In this document: positions 57,323 through 60,547 of the stretch, in pieces
How the letters are laid out: the number at the start of each line of letters is the position of its first letter
How positions within the stretch are numbered: the first letter of the stretch is position 1
From: an uncultured Candidatus Saccharibacteria bacterium
GTDB taxonomy: Bacteria; Patescibacteriota; Minisyncoccia; Phycocordibacterales; CAIRYW01
Direction of reading: 5' to 3'
Assembly: GCA_964487135.1 (NCBI GenBank)
Contig: CAZAOU010000003.1
Span: 1-60,547, forward strand
Length of the DNA stretch: 60,547 nucleotides
Notes under the pieces: generated by a model
Seen by the model: only the letters and a program-made list of their open reading frames with translations
Told to the model about the DNA's origin: nothing
Databases searched by the model: none
Translations under genes and position numbers: made by a program

Positions 57323-57649
57323 TTATCCCAAAGACAAACCGTCAATTTTTATACGGTTTTTTTCTCCTAGATCTATTTCAAAATCTACATAGGGAATTCG
57401 TGCCAGCGAAGATTCTTTTTTTATAAACTCCCTAAAATCACTTCGTTTTCTTTTACAAAAATTTAGGGCATTTTCTTCTGCGCTGTCTGGAAAAGTGGTG
57501 AAATAAATAATCGCACGACCGCCTTTATCAATAAGTTTTGCACGAGTAACTGTTATAAGACTTTCTCTTCCGGCTTCTTCTGCAATAAATTTTGAAGCCA
57601 GTTCAACTAAAAGACTTTCTTCTCTTTTTTCGTGAAAAGGACTTAACAT
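57323..57649 (-). CDS. rbfA: Ribosome-binding factor A
   Basis: LITVTRAKL..A.IYF, RIPYVDFEID; directly downstream of infB. Confidence 0.8.
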   Translation of the reverse strand: MLSPFHEKREESLLVELASKFIAEEAGRESLITVTRAKLIDKGGRAIIYFTTFPDSAEENALNFCKRKRSDFREFIKKESSLARIPYVDFEIDLGEKNRIKIDGLSLG

Positions 57650-57650
57650 A

Positions 57651-59168
57651 TTATTTTTCTACAATCTTATATGCTTCTATTTTGTCTCCTGGAGCCAATT
57701 CAATCTTTGATTCAATTGTTGCTCCAAACTCCCCATCTTTTATTTCTTTGGTTTCAACTCGTGATTGTTGTAAAATTTTAATCTTTCCTTTTCCAATTTC
57801 TGTATCTCTTCTTAATATTTTTACTTCACTATCAACAGAGATGGATCCATCTTCCACTCTAGCACCTACGACTTGCTTGTCTTTTGTTTTGCTAAAATAC
57901 TTTAATATTTTGGCTCTACCTGTCATTTCTTCCACTTTCATTTTTGGAGTTTTATTTTTAACAAATTCATCCATCCATTCAGTAAGTTTATATATAATGT
58001 TAAAAGATTCTATGGGCACAATAAGTCTCTCTGCTAATGTTTTTGCCGCAGTATCAATTTTTGTTTCAAAACCAACAATAACACTGCCCGGAGTTGAGCC
58101 AGCAGTTTTTACATCATTCTCTGATATAAATCCAACGCCCGTATAAAGAATTTTTAATGCCACTCTTTCGCTTTTTATTTTTTTTAGTTCATGGATTATT
58201 GCTTCTATTACATCGGTTGTAGATGCCTTAATTATCATAGGAATTGTGATTGCGTTTTCAGTTTCGCCACCTATTACTATTGTTGTTGGAATCTTTGGCC
58301 CACTTAATTTAAATTGTTCTGTTTTTTCTTCCGCCTCTTTTTTTGAATTTACAACTTCAAAGATACTTCCAACTGGAGGTAATGTAGAAAAGCCCACTAT
58401 TTTTACTGGATCGCTTGGATGTGAACTCTCAATTTTTTTTCCTTGAAAATCTTCCATAATTCTTGTTGGAGCAAAAGAACTTTCACACACAACAAATTGG
58501 CCTGTTTTTATGGATCCATCCTTTATAATCAAAGTAGCGCTGATTCCTTTATTTTTGTCATTAAATGCTTCAATAACTACACCTTCTGCATTTTTTGAGT
58601 CATCTGCTTTTAGATCAAGAATATCAGAAAGTAGGATTATCATCTGTAGTAATTCTTCTACACCTTCTCCGGTAATGGCCGAAACGGGAACAGCTGGAAC
58701 TTCTCCTCCGTATCCCTCTACATAAACTTCAGCTTCTGCAAGTTGTTGTTTTACTTTATCAATATTTGCGTTAGGGCGATCTATTTTGTTCATCGCGATA
58801 ATTAAAGGAAGATTTGCCTTCTTTATACAATCAAGAGCCTCAACTGTTTGAGGTTTTATTCCTTCATCTGCTGCAACAACCAAGATTGCTATATCTGCAA
58901 CACTTGCTCCTCTGCTTCGTAGCTCACAGAAAGCTTCGTGTCCTGGCGTATCTAAAAAGGTTATAGATCGGATTTTTTTGTCTTCGTCGGCTTTCTGGAC
59001 TTTGTAAGCACTCATTTTTTGAGTAATACCTCCAGCTTCTTTCTCGGTAATATTTGTTTTTCTAATGTAATCCAAAAGAGAAGATTTGCCATGGTCAATA
59101 TGACCCATCACCGCAACAACAGGTGGGCGCGACAAATTTGTATTGGTTTTTGGGGGAGTTGAGGACAT
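57651..59168 (-). CDS. infB: Translation initiation factor IF-2 (short form)
   Basis: RPPVVAVMGHIDHGKSSLLD, FLDTPGHEAF, VVAADEG, NKID. Confidence 0.97.
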   Translation of the reverse strand: MSSTPPKTNTNLSRPPVVAVMGHIDHGKSSLLDYIRKTNITEKEAGGITQKMSAYKVQKADEDKKIRSITFLDTPGHEAFCELRSRGASVADIAILVVAADEGIKPQTVEALDCIKKANLPLIIAMNKIDRPNANIDKVKQQLAEAEVYVEGYGGEVPAVPVSAITGEGVEELLQMIILLSDILDLKADDSKNAEGVVIEAFNDKNKGISATLIIKDGSIKTGQFVVCESSFAPTRIMEDFQGKKIESSHPSDPVKIVGFSTLPPVGSIFEVVNSKKEAEEKTEQFKLSGPKIPTTIVIGGETENAITIPMIIKASTTDVIEAIIHELKKIKSERVALKILYTGVGFISENDVKTAGSTPGSVIVGFETKIDTAAKTLAERLIVPIESFNIIYKLTEWMDEFVKNKTPKMKVEEMTGRAKILKYFSKTKDKQVVGARVEDGSISVDSEVKILRRDTEIGKGKIKILQQSRVETKEIKDGEFGATIESKIELAPGDKIEAYKIVEK

Positions 59169-59238
59169 GGGCAGGATTATACACTAATTTTGTAAAAAAT
59201 CATTGATTTTTAGTTTTTATCGTCTAGTATGAGGCATT

Positions 59239-60423
59239 ATGAATCTTAAGAATAAAAGAATATATTTAGACTACGCTAGTGCAACTCCAATAGGTAAAAA
59301 AGCAGCGAAAGCTTTGACTTCAAGTGGGGGTGATTTTTTTAATCCTTCGTCTTTGTATAAAGAGGGGGTTGATACAAAGAAAAAATTAGAAGAGGCGCGC
59401 AAAAGCGTGGCCACGCTTTTGCGCGCCCGCCCAGAAAGTATCTTTTTTACTTCATCCGGCACAGAATCAAATAATATTGCAATTCAAGGTGTTGTTAAAT
59501 CTGTTTCTGCCACTATCAAAAATCCTCATATTATAATTTCTGCGATTGAGCATTCCTCAATAAAAGAATTAATTCCTTATTTAAAAAGTTTGGGTGCGGT
59601 TGTCGATGAAATATTTCCTGATGAAAATGGAATTATTGATCCAAAAAAAATTTCAGAAAAAATCCGCAAAGAAACAATTTTGGTATCAGTGATGCATGTC
59701 AATAATGAAACCGGTGTAATACAGCCAATAAAAGAAATTTCTAGAGTCATAAAAAAATCTCGTCAAAATTTTGAACATAATTTTCCCATTTTTCACTGTG
59801 ATATGTGTCAGTCAATAAATACTTTGCCAATAGATTTAATTTCTATGGGGGTTGATATGGCAACTCTCGATAGTCTTAAATTTTATGGTCCAAAAGTTGG
59901 TATTTTATATAAAAAGATTGATTTAAAAATTAATCCTTTAGTCTATGGTGGAGGGCAAGAGAAGGGTTTGAGAAGTGGTACTGAAAATGTGTCAAATATA
60001 TTTGCTTGTGCTGAGGCACTATCTGAGACCATTTCTTTTCAAAAGAAAGAAGCTAAAAGATTGAGTGTTATTCAGAACTATTTTGAGAAAAAAATAAAAA
60101 AAATTTCAGAAGATTTTATTATAAATTGTTCAAATTCTCCCAGAGTTCCAAATATATCTAGTATTTCAATAAAAGGACTGGATGCAGAGTTTGCAGTTTT
60201 GCAAATGGATGCTATGGGTTTTGCAATAAGTTCAGGAAGTGCCTGCTTATCTTCTAAAGAAGATTCTTATTCTTATGTTATAAAGGCTCTCGGAAGAGAT
60301 GATGGAAGTGAAAAATCAACATTAAGATTTTCTTTTGGAAGAGGAACTACAAAAAAACACATAGATGATTGTATAGAATCTTTAAAAAAGGTATTATTAA
60401 TTCAAGGAATAAGAAGTGTATAG
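59239..60423 (+). CDS. iscS: Cysteine desulfurase (IscS/NifS type)
   Basis: IYLDYASATP, NPSS, GTESNN, HVNNETG, SLKFYGPK, RSGTEN, SSGSAC. Confidence 0.92.
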   Translation: MNLKNKRIYLDYASATPIGKKAAKALTSSGGDFFNPSSLYKEGVDTKKKLEEARKSVATLLRARPESIFFTSSGTESNNIAIQGVVKSVSATIKNPHIIISAIEHSSIKELIPYLKSLGAVVDEIFPDENGIIDPKKISEKIRKETILVSVMHVNNETGVIQPIKEISRVIKKSRQNFEHNFPIFHCDMCQSINTLPIDLISMGVDMATLDSLKFYGPKVGILYKKIDLKINPLVYGGGQEKGLRSGTENVSNIFACAEALSETISFQKKEAKRLSVIQNYFEKKIKKISEDFIINCSNSPRVPNISSISIKGLDAEFAVLQMDAMGFAISSGSACLSSKEDSYSYVIKALGRDDGSEKSTLRFSFGRGTTKKHIDDCIESLKKVLLIQGIRSV

Positions 60424-60478
60424 TGTATGGTGAATAGTTGTTGGAGAGATAAACATAAAATTATTGATTCTAATTTTT

Positions 60479-60547
60479 TTCACTATAAACTATTCACTAT
60501 AAACTATTCACTATAAACTATTCACTATAAACTATTCACTATAAACT
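60479..60547 (+). repeat. Tandem 14-bp repeat (TTCACTATAAACTA), about 5 copies, runs off the window
   Basis: Four perfect units plus 13/14 of a fifth; each unit is two ACT-heptamers. Confidence 0.95.

Noticed and set aside
59239-60423. iscS as an inactive enzyme because of SLK in place of SxHK
   Set aside because: The PLP lysine and the catalytic SSGSAC cysteine are both present, so this is within normal variation.
60479-60547. Possible CRISPR array
   Set aside because: The 14-bp units are contiguous with no spacers, and there are no cas genes in the window.

Overview
AT-rich, gene-dense, code-11 bacterial chromosome segment, most consistent with a Patescibacteria/CPR (Parcubacteria-like) genome. 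This is inferred from the VirB2-like pilin array, short IF-2, C-terminally truncated ValRS, lemA-htpX and the scarcity of biosynthetic genes. Core content: groESL, secG, murI/murJ/murE/femX, lepA, valS, tsaD, trxB, ftsZ/ftsA, ybeY, lepB, pth, rpsA, gyrA, rbfA/infB, iscS, RNase P RNA and 9 tRNAs. No CRISPR array, integrase or transposase is visible. The most striking unexplained structure is a dispersed family of ~110-115 bp non-coding elements (5 full copies, 1 decayed copy, and a permuted relative at tRNA-Lys flanked by a 22-bp tRNA 3' duplication). Their sequences diverge, but the three-way-junction fold and two loop motifs (AGCA and GRCYG) are kept, and three copies abut outward-facing promoters. 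Also notable: 7-bp periodic repeat arrays, apparent leaderless transcription, GC-rich accessory cassettes (including a catalytically altered pyrF/pyrE-like pair), a Kelch-DD-carboxypeptidase fusion, a degenerate HisRS paralog, a tRNA-overlapping HNH gene and a seven-gene pilin array. All product calls are from motif recognition by eye; no database searches were run.
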